Source: Octopus vulgaris (lineage: Eukaryota). Taken from it: DNA of 64,000 bases. Below, in pieces: positions 13,885 to 27,589 of this stretch (position 1 is the first letter of the stretch; each line of letters begins with the position of its first letter). The DNA lies in NCBI GenBank assembly GCA_951406725.2, contig OX597820.1:24242001-24306000 (forward strand), read 5' to 3'. The notes under the pieces were generated by a model. It was not told where the DNA came from and did not search any database. It saw only the letters and a program-made list of their open reading frames with translations. The position numbers were made by a program, and so were the translations under genes.

Positions 13885-14101
13885 ACGACCACGACCACGA
13901 TACGACCACGATACGACCACGACCACGATACGACCACGACCACGATACGACCACGACCACGATACGACCACGACCACGATACGACCACGACCACGATACG
14001 ACCACGACCACGATACGACCACGACCACCACGACCACCACCACGACCACCACCACGACCACCACGACCACCACCACGACCACCACGACCACCACCACCAC
14101 G
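13885..14101. repeat. Compound ACG/ACC/GATAC satellite
   Basis: Units such as ACGACCACGACCACGAT grading into (ACC)n/(ACG)n. Confidence 0.9.
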
Positions 14102-14423
14102 ATGAGCACATTTCGATTTCTTCCATTCAAAGGAGATTTCGACCTAATATTTACATGCAATTATTTATAGCTTTATCTACTTCGAGTTTAACCTTTAAAA
14201 GCAAATAAATAATTATCTCACGAACGAATGGCGATAAATGTAACAAATTGCTTGACCTTTCAGCGCTCAGCTCAGTGTTATCTATCAACAACACTTGCAG
14301 ATATCCTAACAAGCAATAACAGCTAATAGTTCAACTGATAATGTCAGAGAACAAGGACTACAATTTGCCAGGAAATTAATCACCGTATCAGTGATTCCGA
14401 GTATCAACTAATTAGGTGTATTA

Positions 14424-14850
14424 AGGCGGCGAGCTGGCAGAATCGTTAGCACACCGAGTAAGATGCTTAGGTCCGTCTTTACGTTCTGAGTTCAAATTCG
14501 GCCAGAGTGGACTTGGTCTTTCATCCTTTCGGAGCCAATAAAATAAATACCAGTTGAACACTGGGGTCGATGAAATCGACTTAACCCCCACTTCTCAAAT
14601 AACTGGCCTTGTGTCAATATTTGAAACCAATATTATTATTACTATTAAGGCAGCGAGCTGGCAGAGGCGTTAACACGTCGGGCGAAAAGCTTAGCGGCAT
14701 TTCGTCCGTCTTCATGTTCTGAGTTCAAATTCCGCCGAGGTCGACTTTGCCCTTCATCATTTCGAGGTCGATTAAATAAGTACCAGTGGAGAGTTTGGGT
14801 CGATGTAATCGACATATCCCCACCCCCGAAATTGCTGGCCTTGTGCCAAC
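14424..14850 (+). mobile_element. Two tandem SINE family A copies (tail variant GGCCTTGTGCCAA..GAAACCA)
   Basis: GGCGGCGAGCTGGCAGAA head at 14424 and about 14649, each with B-box and central domain. Confidence 0.88.
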
Positions 14851-15608
14851 CTCTCTAAGTGTCGACCTGTGAGTCGGAGAGAAGGAACTGGAGAGGGTAC
14901 TTGCTCCTGGGGTTTCAGGGAAATCTCGGACAGTGAGGTTCCTCGATTATCCCTAGAAGCGTTCCTGTATTAGGAGTGCCACATCTCAATCATCCCGCCT
15001 CTTTTTTTTTTTACCTTTGTATGGTATGCATATGTCCCTTCTTTTCCAGTGTATACCGTGTATACTTTATTTTATTATATTTTTTAAATTATTTTATTAT
15101 TATATATAGACCCCCATCTTTATGTCTGTCTCTGTATTGTCCCACCCCCATCCTTCGTCCCCGTAACTTAGCGGTTCGGCAAAAGAGAACGATAGGATAA
15201 GTACTAGGCTTGCAAAGAATAAGTCCTGGGGTCGATTTGCTCGACTAAAGGTGGTGCTCCAACATGACCACAGTCAAATGACTGAAACAAGTAAAAGAGT
15301 ATACCTTATGGTAACATATTTTTAAGATGGAATGACGTCATTGTTATTTAGCACCTCTCATTAAGGTCAGTTCTGTTTGAGCAAATTTTTTTTTGACCAA
15401 AGGCGTTCTATTTGTGACCGTTACTTGCAAATCAAGAATACCATTAGCAGTTTTAAAGTGTTTCATTTAAAGCGATGAGTTGTTATTTGTAGGTCATTTG
15501 GTTGCAGATATTTCTTGCTGGTGGTCGAACTATACTGAAAACTTTTTTGCATGCAATAATTTTACACGCTTTAAATAGAAAAGTGTGAGCCAGAAAATTT
15601 TATTCATT

Positions 15609-15643
15609 TCATACTGCTGTGTGATCGATACTACATTGCCGGT
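15609..15643 (-). CDS. Candidate exon 3 of the 15.6-16.0 kb spliced cluster
   Basis: tatatAG acceptor. One frame gives HRQCSIDHTAV* followed by AATAAA; another frame stays open (..MNKIFWLTLFYLK..). Frame is unresolved. Confidence 0.25.
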
Positions 15644-15690
15644 CTATATATATATATACTATATATATCTTAGTACATGTCAGCACTAAA

Positions 15691-15733
<43 letters not shown>

Positions 15734-15787
15734 AACACGCGCGCGCACACACACACACACATGCACCTCCTCACTCCCCCAACTCAC

Positions 15788-15842
15788 GTCCCCACGCACG
15801 GCCATAAACCTTCTTAAACATGCAATGAACTGCAGTAGGGGA
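15788..15842 (-). CDS. Candidate exon (55 nt)
   Basis: gtttttcAG|...|GTGAGT; separated from the next exon by an 86-nt GT-AG intron. Confidence 0.45.
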
Positions 15843-15928
15843 CTGAAAAACCCCTTGCCAGACGGCAATTTTGCCACGTTCCTCTAACGTCAATCGGCGA
15901 CCCACAGGCAAGGGAGAGATATACTTAC

Positions 15929-15987
15929 AAAAACTGCAAAATCGAAGATGTCAAATGCTGATGGCCTCATGTCTCCCTGAAGGATAC
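15929..15987 (-). CDS. Candidate exon (59 nt; GILQGDMRPSAFDIFDFAVF or 5' UTR)
   Basis: Very strong acceptor cactttcttttttctatttcgcttcAG and donor GTAAGT. Confidence 0.5.
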
Positions 15988-16029
15988 CTGAAGCGAAATA
16001 GAAAAAAGAAAGTGTATAGTGACTTTTGG

Positions 16030-16381
16030 GACACCATGTATGGGCAAGTGTCTTCTACTATAGCCTCGGGCCGACCAATGCCTTGTGAGTGGATTTGGTA
16101 GACGGAAACTGAAAGGAGCCCGTCGTATATATGTATATATATGTATGTATGTGTATGCGTATGTATTTGTGTGTCTGTGTTTGTCCCCCCCAACATCACT
16201 TGACAACCGATGCTGGTGTGTTTACGTCCCCGTAATTTATCGGTTCGGCAAAAGAGACCGATAGAATAAGTACTAGGCTTACGAAGAATAAATCCTGGGG
16301 TCGATTTGCTCGACTAAAAAAAAAGGTGGCGCTGCAGCATGGCCACAGTCAAATGACTGAAATAAGTAAAAGAGTAAAAGA

Positions 16382-16383
<2 letters not shown>
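16030..16383 (+). mobile_element. SINE family B, 5'-truncated
   Basis: High similarity to other family B copies; tail GTAAAAGAGTAAAAGAG. Confidence 0.9.
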
Positions 16384-16422
<39 letters not shown>

Positions 16423-16554
16423 TGTATGTATGTTTATTCAAGCAAAACAAATGATACGACGCTCCTCCTAATCTCACCTCACACCTCAGAGCCCATTCAG
16501 AAAGCTCATTTCAATTGATAACATAGTCAATAAAATATATCAATTTTTTTCGAT

Positions 16555-16672
16555 GATTTGATTGGGCTCTCAGAGCGCAAGAGCTAATTGGCTGAGTCTG
16601 TTGGATGTGACGCGAATTAAAAGACAACATTTATTTCGACTCGACCACAGAATCGAAATGTAATGACGCCGA
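16555..16672 (-). promoter_or_regulatory. Possible promoter (two CCAAT boxes, two TGACG half-sites)
   Basis: ATTGG at about 16561 and 16587, TGACGC at about 16608 and 16664, in unique CpG-containing sequence upstream of the minus-strand exon cluster. Confidence 0.22.
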
Positions 16673-16985
16673 CATTCATAAAATCTATTGCAACATTTAC
16701 CGCCACAAAACATCGACTGGTGCAAGGTACTGTTATTGTAAAGGCAGTAAGCTGGTAGAGTCATTAGCATGCCGGACAAAATGCTTAGCGACAGTTCTCC
16801 TGGTTTTGCGTTCTCAGTTCAAATTCTGTTAAAATCGATTTTGCCTTTCATCCTTTTGAGATCGATAAGATAAGTATCCGTTGAGTATAAGACTTAATGC
16901 AACTGGATGTCATTATGCTACGAAATTTCGTGTCTTGTGCCTATTATAGATGGAAACAAATATTATTGCTGTTGTTGCTGATGTT

Positions 16986-17363
16986 GCTGTTGCTGTTGAG
17001 CGAACGGTCTTCGTCCCAGAGCTCACAAGATGGGAGAAGTCCGAAACGTAGTCCTTTGCTATTCGTAAGACCCGCAGAAGAGAATGCAGGTCAACCCTCG
17101 ACACCGAGAGCATCGACGGATGGATGAATGAGGATCCAGGCTCAGCGGTTGCGTAGGAAGTCGGGGACAAAAAACAGGAAGAAAGAGTGAGAGAAAGTTG
17201 GGGCGAAAGAGTACAACAAGGGTCGCCACCACCCCCTGCCGGAGCCTCGTGGAGCTTTAGGTGTTTTCGCTCAATAAACACACACAACGCCCGGTCTGGG
17301 AATCGAAACCGCGATCCTCCGACTGCGAGTCCGCTGCCCTAACCACTGGGCCATTGCGCCTCC
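16986..17363 (-). mobile_element. Full-length tRNA-derived SINE family C with 13-bp TSD
   Basis: Head GGCGCAATGGCCCAGTGGTTAGGGCAGCGGACTCGCAGTC..GGTTTCGATTCC with (CAA/CAG)n tail. TSD TGTTGCTGATGTT at 16973-16985 and 17364-17376. Confidence 0.9.
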
Positions 17364-18267
17364 TGTTGCTGATGTTCAGCCCATGGTCAGTTTTGACCAA
17401 GCAGAATTACAATCAAAATAGGTTCCAGACGTGACAATCTCATACTATTTTCAGACTTACTAAACTTAGGACTACATTATCATTTGAGACAGTATTGTGT
17501 GATTTGAGAGATATTTGACCCACTTTCACCAAAGGTCACCGTGCAGTTCATTTGTTAATTCGAAGAGAGACTGGGATTTGATGGTGATTCAGCTATCACT
17601 TCCAGCTAACGATCAGCTATGTAGAGGATCTCTCAATAAGTCAGTGGCTGAATATAAATTTGAGGGAGATATAGCTTCTATTTCTAGCAGGTTAAGCGAC
17701 CACATAAAAGCTTTCTTGTTGCCGGGTGCTGTTAGTTCAGAACACGAAGGAAGCCATGTTAATCCATTTTACATCCTTATTAATCCGCAAGAGAATAAAT
17801 CTATTATATTTCCGTATACGAGAGATATTAGACAAAACTAGGAAAAAAAAGTATATCTGTCATTTAAGTAGAATCACGTTCTTTAAACATTCATGGCTTT
17901 CTCTAAGGAAGAAAAACAGCATAAAATAAGTGTTCTTCAGAATATAAAGAGTTTCGTAATGGCTATTGGTAAATAATTATTAGAATAAAATAAAAATAAA
18001 AACAATATCCCCGGATATTATAACTCTTTATGCGTTAAGATAAGATGAATGCCTATGTCTTATTAAAATAATTACAGGAATAGCAAGTATACGTACAAAA
18101 AGTCCCAGACATATAATTATACAGGAAAAGTGATCCAGTGACGATAGTAAAATATACATACATACATATATATGTAAACACACACATATCTATATCTATC
18201 TAACAATCTAACTATATATATATACATTTATCTATCTGTATATATGTATAAACACACACACACATAT

Positions 18268-18762
18268 CTATTTCTTTATTGCCTACGAGGGGCTAAACAT
18301 AGAGGGGACAAACAAAAGCAGACAAACGGATTAATTCGATTACATCGACCTCAGTGCGTAACTGGTACTCATTTAATCGACCCCGAAAGGATGAAAGGCA
18401 AAATCGACCTCAACGGAATTTGAACTCATTTCATCTGAGTCTAAATTCCGCCGAGGTCGACTTTGCCTTTCACCATTTCGGGGTCGATTAAATAAGTACC
18501 AGTTACGCGCTGGGGTCGATATAATCGACTTAATCCGTTTGTCTGTCCTTGTTTGTCCTCTCTGTGTTTAACACCTTATGGGTAGTAAAGAAATAGGTAT
18601 TTTGCCTGTCTTTACGTTCTGAGTTCAAATTCCGCCGAGGTCGACTTTGCCTTTCATCCTTTCGAGGTCGATAAATTAAGTACCAGCTGCGTACTGGGGT
18701 CGATATAATCGACTGGCCTTTCTTCCTCAAAATTTCGGGCCTTGTACCTAGAGTAGAAAAGT
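18268..18762. mobile_element. Inverted pair of 5'-truncated SINE A copies plus a tandem third unit
   Basis: 18268-18428 (-) and 18436-18596 (+) are reverse complements; a further unit runs to about 18762. Confidence 0.88.
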
Positions 18763-19399
18763 ATATATAAGTATATATATATACACACACAAACATACAT
18801 ATACGACAGAGTTCTTTTTTTCAGTTTCCGTCAAAGAAATCCGCCTTGGCCGACTCGCGGTTATACTGAAAGATACTCGCTCAAGGCGCTGTGCAGTGGG
18901 ACTGAATCCAGAACCATGTGGTTGGGAAGCGAACTCCTTACCACACAGCCAATGAAAATATTTTATTATCTCATTGGTATTATTCTTAGTATCTATATTA
19001 TTTACCGTTTGAAAAATTCATAAAATTGCTTCCTTTCTCAAAACAGAATTTAAGAAATATCTTGGAAAACGTCCATAAAAATGCCCAAGGCTAAAGATAA
19101 CAGATGTTGTGTGAGAATGTTTTAATATTTATTGATCCTAGTATTACTATCTTCTGGAATGTGCTTACGAGTAACGTTTTATGCAGTCACCCAGAGTCTT
19201 CATGGAAGTAGTTGTATATCAGTTCAATTGCGCCAGTTACAAATAGAATGATGGACACATCCTTAAATGTCAGAATATTTTCAACTCAACAGTTAAGCCA
19301 ATAGCTTATCAGCTCACTTCTGCACATTATAGTCATCTGCTCCTTCCAAGTGGATAATTAACATGCTGTTGTGATTTTTGTCAGCGAAATTATTATGCG

Positions 19400-19900
19400 C
19401 TATCAAATAATTTGTGTATATATACTAAAGGTGTATATGTTATACTCCGGAAAACCATAATCCGGTTGTTTTCATCTATTCAGATAAGTATCACCATAGA
19501 TTTGACAATGTATAGTTTTGTTGCTTCATTGATACATAACTACCGGCAAATATAATTAAGGAAGGTCAAGCTGACAGGGCTGAAAATTGAATCTTACTAA
19601 TATAGTTATAACTACCATCTCTCGTTCACTAATAAGATATCTGTCGCTAGGTATATATTCAGGCCAACATTTTCACGGATATTTTTAACAGACAAGGACA
19701 CGTTGCGAGTTTAACCATATTTATACTGTGGATTTAACTAATGAAAAATCTGTGAACTCGGTTCCTCTCCATTTTATTCTTTTGGAAGATTCTGATTCTG
19801 ATACGATTTATGCAGGAACTTACACGTTGGTTGGAAACACCAGATTTACTTTCAAATGGGTTAACTATCAATATCTTAATTTTTGTCTTGCATGTTATTG
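19400..19900 (+). pseudogene. Possible highly decayed hAT-type transposase
   Basis: Frameshifted fragments KTIIRLF.., TDKDTLRV/LTIFI.., FILLEDSDSDTIY..ELTRWLE resemble the hAT DDE-core region; judged by eye only. Confidence 0.28.
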
Positions 19901-20034
19901 CATTGTAGTTGAATCTTGCTTCGTAACCACCAAGTACCGGTTTCAGTCTCATTCCGCGGCACCTTGGGGAAGTGCTTTCTTATAACCTCGGCCGACTGAA
20001 GTCTTGTGGGGGAAATTTGGTATTTGTGTAAGGG

Positions 20035-20111
<77 letters not shown>

Positions 20112-20907
20112 GTATGTGTGTGCGTATCTGTGTTTATCTCTCACCTTTTAACAACCGGTGTTGCTTTGTATACGTCACCATAATTTAACGTTTCGACAAA
20201 GGAGTTCAACACACTAAATGCTAGATTCATAGAATAAATAATGAGGTCGATTTGTTGCAAAAAACCCTTCAACATGGTGCCCCAACATGATCGCTGTCCA
20301 ATGCCTAAAACATACAAAACAAAATTTAAATGTGTATGTCTTTCGAATGTTCTAGAAATTGGGCGATTGTTATAACATCAATTTTAAATGTAAGGCATTT
20401 TGTTAATTAGGTAATTTAATTGATATTTCCTGGGTATAAACTTTGTTTGCATGTACGTATGTACGTACATACGTATGTATGTATGTATGTATGTATGTAT
20501 GTATGTATGTATGTATGTATGTATGTATGTATGTATGAATGTATGTATGCATGTATGTATGTATGTATATATATATATATAAGTATATAATTTGTACATA
20601 AGTGTCTGTAAATGTAAGCATGTAGGCAAGCACGTTTATATGTGTGAAATATATATATATATATAAAATAAAAGAAGGAAAATGTACACAGTTAACGTAG
20701 TTTAGTATATTTAATACCTATATTTCATAAGTGGAAGAGTATTGTGTCTATCGATATATATATATATATGGTATAATTTTATTATATCATTGTTATTTCA
20801 TTGTTGAATTGATAACAGGTGGTTCTTCTAAAATTCGGAGCACTAGGCCACTTGGTGTAGAATAGATATACTATTAAATTAGTATCTAATTCTCTCACCC
20901 TTATTAA

Positions 20908-20958
<51 letters not shown>

Positions 20959-20999
20959 TAAATTATGTATATACGTGTGGATGCATGCATGTATGTACA

Positions 21000-21069
<70 letters not shown>

Positions 21070-21125
21070 AGTGGGTATACACTTAACTTACATCGTATCT
21101 TTGTATATATGTACGTACCCAAGTA

Positions 21126-21191
<66 letters not shown>

Positions 21192-21236
21192 CATATATAT
21201 GTGTATTTGCATATATTTCTGCATGTAGCCCTGCGT

Positions 21237-21293
21237 ATGTGTTTGTATGTATATCTGTATAGTTTGTGTACTGTGATGTTTATCTATGTGCTT

Positions 21294-21362
<69 letters not shown>

Positions 21363-21745
21363 CATATATATATATATGCGTGTTTGTGTGTGTGTAAATA
21401 TATGTATGTATGTATGCATGTATGTTTGTATGTATGTATGCGTCTGTGTATACTGTGAAGTGTAATCATTCATTTCAAAGATTTAACTATCCAGATTTAA
21501 GTTTTAATTAGAATTATCACTTTGTTTCAATTCTGTTCCTATGAAAACTTACAAGACGTGTCAGCTGCAAAAATTCCTGTGCTTCATTGTAAAATGAGAA
21601 ACATACGTACATACATACATACAAAAGATACACACACGCTCACACACGTATATACAATCGATACATGTGTTTGTATGTATATCTGTATAGTTTGTGTACT
21701 GAGATGTTTATCTATGTGCTTGGATATATATATATATATACATAC
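21237..21745 (+). repeat. About 70-bp direct duplication (about 21237-21305 and 21666-21735)
   Basis: TGTGTTTGTATGTATATCTGTATAGTTTGTGTACTG.GATGTTTATCTATGTGCTTGGATATA occurs twice. Confidence 0.8.
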
Positions 21746-22306
21746 CATCATCGTCATACATACATACATACATACTTGTATATGTATATGTATATGTGTA
21801 TATATATATATGTATGTATTTACATATATACATACATGCATACAAAGCACACACTCAGTCACGCATACATATGTTATGTTTAATCGTCTATCATTTACTT
21901 ATGTCAATAATTGGACTCCGGCCATACAGGGGCACCACCTTGAAGGGTTTTAATCGAACGACTCAATCTCAATGCTTATTTTCTTCAGTCTGATGCGTAT
22001 TCTATCGTTTGTTTCCTCTTTTTGCTGATCCACTAAGTTACGGGGACGCAAACAAACCACTCTCAGTTGTCAAGCAGTGGTGGGGCAAACACAAAATTAC
22101 TCACACACACACACACACACATGCATTCATATATACATACATACATGCGTACAGACGTATGTACGTACGTACGTACGTACGTTCACACACACACACACAC
22201 ATACACACAAATTGTTACCAATCCAAAGAAGTCGCAGTATAGAAGAAATAAATGAATTTGCAGATGCAGAAAATAAATGAAGATTTTTAAAAAATTGATA
22301 TATATA

Positions 22307-22600
22307 TACTAACCGGTTTCACAATAGCAGATTTTCAAAAGTAATTGTAATGAGGAAAGTGAAGATGTTTCACAAATAGTATCTCTTCGGGCTATTGTAC
22401 TAAGAGTCGTTTGTTTTTATAAAGGGAACGTGGCCCAGATCTGTATCAGTTAAAGCACAAATTGATTGGATGACAATGGTCACGGGGTATAGTAAGGAAT
22501 TTTCGGACAGTATTCCACAACATCCGTGTACTAAGGTCATATGACCGTTGTACAGGACGGGCACGTCGAAACTTTAGTCCAGTAGATATGTCATGTGACA
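22307..22600 (-). mobile_element. Decayed Penelope-like 3' end with degenerate U3-A8 hammerhead (22307-22343)
   Basis: ACTT-TTGAAAA..GAAACCGGTT; upstream frameshifted remnants TCPSC..LSTRM..EEILFVKH resemble a GIY-YIG end. Confidence 0.35.
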
Positions 22601-22865
22601 GCTGCATCAGCTATGAACGTGGAAGTCGCATCCAAATTTAGGACTGTTTCAGTCTCCGCCTACCAAATTCACTCGCAATAATAAATAATGCGGTTTTTCC
22701 AACTGCATGAACTAAGAGTCGAAAGAAGGAGGTCGGGATAAACTACCTGTATCAACTTGTGAATGAGAAAATATCATAGGTTAAACATGAACTGTTTATC
22801 TTAATTTTGAAAAATAAAGTATAAAAACCAATTCAATTATGGGATGACCCACTATATGAATACAC

Positions 22866-23196
<331 letters not shown>

Positions 23197-23304
23197 TTTA
23201 TAATTTTAACCTTTAAAGGTATTTTAATATGCTGCCACTTTTGATGAAATATTTTCTGAAGAAAATATTATTGGCAGTAGTAGTATAGTAGTATATATAT
23301 ATTG

Positions 23305-24000
23305 ATAAAAACGGTAAGACAACAAAAGAAAGAAAGAGACCTTGATATTATGTAAGTAGAGGAATTTATCTGTAAATGTAATATGTGACAATTATTCGAT
23401 AGCCATGATAAAACTCCGAGTTTCGGATGCCAACGTGGAAATCCACGCCGCCATCATTTCAGTTATCCGGTCAACGGGAAAATGCTATGAAAAATGACCG
23501 TTATACAAAGGGAAATTACTGTGTGATTGACCGTTATTAAGACAAAAGAGCTATTCGAATGACTGCTAAGTGGAGGGAGTAAAGTAAGGGGGTAAAAAGA
23601 TCATAGTATTCACGTAAGCGCGCCTGTTCATACCTAAACATGTGCGCCCGCACACCCACGTTCGTGCGCTTAAAGGTGTACATTCATCCACCCTCACTTG
23701 AAAACGTACACATCCTTACTCTCATTCTTCGCCAAATGTATATGCATATACACCTCACCCTACACGCGCACCATAAAGGTACAAGCACAAGGAAAAACAG
23801 GGTTAAGGGTAACAATACAGAAAAAAGATTCCATATACACGTCTATATACGCACAGGGAAAATGCAGGGTGGAAGGTATAATACAGAAAAAAATATGTGT
23901 AAAAATATATAAGCAATAGACCGATAAACCAATATCTCTATAAATATGTAAGAAATATATGTATAAAAAATATAAATAAAATAAAAAATATATAAATGCT
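23305..24000 (-). mobile_element. Penelope-like terminal remnant with degenerate hammerhead (23407-23467)
   Basis: Homologous to 9898-10145. GATAA-CTGAA(-)ATGATG..CATCC-GAAACTCGGAGTT-TTATC has stems I and III intact. Confidence 0.6.
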
Positions 24001-25079
24001 AAGCGGTATTTCATCAGCCGCTACGTTCTGAGTTCAAATTCCGCAGAGGTCGACTTTGCCTTTCATCCTTTCGGGGTCGATTTAATAAGTACCAGTTACG
24101 CACTGGGGTCGATGTAATCGACTTAATCCGTTTGTCTGTCCTTGTTTGTCCCCTCTGTGTTTAGCTCCTTGTGGGTAGTAAAGAAATATATATATATATG
24201 TATATGTATATGTGTATACAAGAAATGTCGATTTGACGGAGTGAGCTAATGTATAGCATATACAGTTGATCACTATAAACAAATCATTTAATCCTTTGTG
24301 CAGGTCATTCGGCACAAAAGCTGAACACTCATGTATCGTCTTCGACGGGAAAGTCCAACATATACCCACATATATAATACATAGATGCATAGACGTATAT
24401 TTATTAGATAATGTAGTCCTAGGCTTACCGTAGCTTAAAAATAAACGAATGACTAAAATAGTTAGGAATATTACTGCTTGAAAGCTTTGATCATAGGTTT
24501 AATGAGTGAGATCTGACTTGGGGGCTAACACCAACTACAACAACAACAGCAACAGCAGCAGCAGTAACAACAACAACAACAACACTAATAGCAACATCAG
24601 CTTCATCAGCTGACAGATATTTAGTAGAGACAAAAGTATCACCCCAGGATGTATTACATTTGTTTCGGCGGTTTCGAACACAGCAAATAGAAGAAAACAT
24701 TGAAGCCGTAACATTTTCTACTCGATTATCGCCATCAATATAAATTAATATCAGAAGACTTGTAGATGAATCGATTCTCAATGATTAGATTACTGATCAA
24801 TATTCGCTGACAGTGCTCACACGAAAATCACTTTTAATGAATTCGTATTAGGATACAAAAAAAAATTAATGTAAAAACAATTTCTTTGATGTAACGAAAT
24901 TGCGATAAGAGAAGAAATGTTGCAATTGTCTTTCGTCTAAGACGTGAAGTGCAGACGGTATTATACTTAAGATGCTAAATCCCCCGTTACCAAATAATCG
25001 TACAGATCCATTATTCAGAATTCTAATCGTTTTAGACGTCTAAAAGAATGGTAAGAATATGATTAACAAATATATGTAT

Positions 25080-25130
<51 letters not shown>

Positions 25131-25141
25131 TATATATATAT

Positions 25142-25174
<33 letters not shown>

Positions 25175-25278
25175 TATATATACATACATACATACACACA
25201 CACACATATATATATATATATACATACATACATACATACATACAGATATATATATATTTATATATATATATATTTATA

Positions 25279-25312
<34 letters not shown>

Positions 25313-25324
25313 CATATATATATA

Positions 25325-25712
25325 TTACTTGTTTCAGTTATTTGACTGCGGTCATGCTGGTGCACCGTCTTTAGTCGAGCAAATCGACCACAGGACTTAT
25401 TCTTTGGAAGCATTGTGCTTATTCTATCGGTCTCTTTTACCGAACTGCTATGTTACGGGGACGTAAACACACCACCATCGGTTGTCAAACGATGCTGGGA
25501 GACAAACACAGACACATAAACATACACTCACGCATACTTATATATTTATATACATATATACGACGGGCTTCTTTCAGTTTCAGTCTACCAAATCCACTGA
25601 CAAGGCTTTGGTCGGCCCGAGGATATAGTAGAAGACTCTTGCCCGAGGTGTCACGCAGTGGGACTGAACCCGGAACCATGTAGTTGGTAAGCAAGCTACT
25701 TACCACACAGCC
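25325..25712 (-). mobile_element. SINE family B
   Basis: Near full-length copy. Confidence 0.9.
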
Positions 25713-25964
25713 TATATATATATATATATACACGTTTATATATTCGTTTTGCAAGATTCTTCATGTGAATTCGTGTGTTGAAACAGATATTGTAGTATTT
25801 GGGGATGGTCATGTTGCCAGTTTAGCCAATGAAAACACATTTCGGCCAACCGTTGTTGCTGTTGTATTCGATGTTTTTCTCTGTTTTTGTATTTGCATTT
25901 GTGGCTTGTGCTCGTGTGTTCGTTTTTGCCACTGTTGCTGTTGTTGTTGTTGGTGTTGCTGCAG

Positions 25965-26047
<83 letters not shown>

Positions 26048-26130
26048 CAAAAGTGAAGTTGTAAGGTACCGCACGAGGGGAAATATATATGAAAGAAGGT
26101 TTAAAAAAGCAATTTTAAAGATGTTTATTC

Positions 26131-26172
26131 ACTTGACCAGTTTCACTTTTTTAGAAAAAGATTGTCAAAAGT
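26131..26172 (-). ncRNA. Minimal type I hammerhead ribozyme, U3-A8 core variant
   Basis: ACTT-TTGACAA-T-CTTTTT[CTA]AAAAAG-T-GAAA-CTGG-TC-AAGT: 4-bp stem I, 6-bp stem II, near-palindromic stem III, GUC triplet. Confidence 0.65.
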
Positions 26173-26421
26173 AAAATGTAAAGCTTTGTAAAAAGTTTGT
26201 TGTGTTAAGTACTGGGTGTCACAAAATATTAAAATACATATATACATTCTTTGATAATAATTAGAAAATGTTAAAAAAGTTTACAAGGAAATATCTTTAG
26301 AAAATATTAAACAAAAAGTTCAATAAAAATATTAGGAGTCCATTAAAAATCATGTTTGTTTGGAAGTATCAATATACATATACAGAAAACTATTAGGAGT
26401 TCAAAAAAGTCATATTTGGTA

Positions 26422-26480
<59 letters not shown>

Positions 26481-26481
<1 letters not shown>

Positions 26482-26974
26482 TAGCAGTATCGCCCGGCGT
26501 TGCTCGGGTTTGTTTCGACCCGCAAGAATTGGAATTTTGCATTATGTAGCTTGTTATTCTTTTCAAGTGAACATTTTTCTGGTTGAAATACACCGTAAAG
26601 TAGCGACACACCAGTCAAAACATCGTAAAAAATAGGGATTTTCATAGAAAAAAGCACCTTTTTGATGTAAATAATTTTTGGTGTCAACATGGTCCGATTT
26701 GAATTTTATCTTCTACGGAAAGAAGAGCAACTCTTCTTCTATCATACTCTCAATTTTGGTCAAATTGCGCCGCAGGGTCTCGGAGGAGATAGTGTTAGTT
26801 GAAGGTTACCAAACCTGGCGCACACATACACATACATACATACACCTCCCCCCCACACACACATGTATGTATGTATGGATGTATGTATGTATATATGTAC
26901 ATCTGTCCACTTCTTGCCATATTTTTATCCTTCACTTCCTACACACACACACACATTCACTCACACACACACAT

Positions 26975-27030
<56 letters not shown>

Positions 27031-27555
27031 ACACACACCTTCTTAGCTTACAATTTCTTTCTTTCAACAATTGACAACTGAAGTACGCTCGCAAATTAAT
27101 ACTACCAAAACTTAGCGATAGAAAGTAAATTAAAAACCAATTTTAATTTATAAAATATAGAATGGAATGTACTTCGAAAAATCATAGGTAAATTCCAATT
27201 GAAGAAATTGTGTGAGGAATTGAAGAAATCGTTATGCATTTATTTGTTTCTGTTTCCTGTGTATTTTTTTGAGTAGTGGTTGAAGGTACACTTGCAAAGA
27301 GAAAGTAGGAGAAAGTGTGGTAATAGAAGGAGTGAAGCAGTTGAAATTAGAGAGGCAAATCATAAAATATTTAGTTTTCTCGAATTTTTGCTTAATTGGG
27401 GGTCAAATTGAAAAAAACTTTATATGCCATGACCCAATCGAATCTACTTCGAAAAATCATATGTAAATTCCAATTGAAGAAATTCTATATTGTACAATTG
27501 TATTAAAAACAAACTATGTCAGAGGCAGAGGAAATCTGCCTTTTATCATAAGAGA
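26481..27555 (-). mobile_element. Non-autonomous Helitron
   Basis: 5' TC (A|TCTCTTATGATAAAAG) and 3' hairpin CCCGAGCAACGCCGGG followed by CTAG|T; inserted next to (TA)n. Confidence 0.82.
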
Positions 27556-27589
27556 TATACACACAGAAGGATACATATTTAGAAGTTTA

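Noticed and set aside
13782-14170. SWSYRGRGR / PRPRYDHD repeat protein
   Set aside because: Arises from a compound satellite; no supporting splice or start context.
17290-17363. tRNA gene
   Set aside because: The tRNA-like head lacks a proper acceptor stem and continues into a SINE body with tail and TSD.
24491-24781. 96-aa ORF with a TM-like poly-V/A stretch
   Set aside because: The hydrophobic part is a (CAA/CAG)n repeat, and the end runs into a decayed dispersed repeat.
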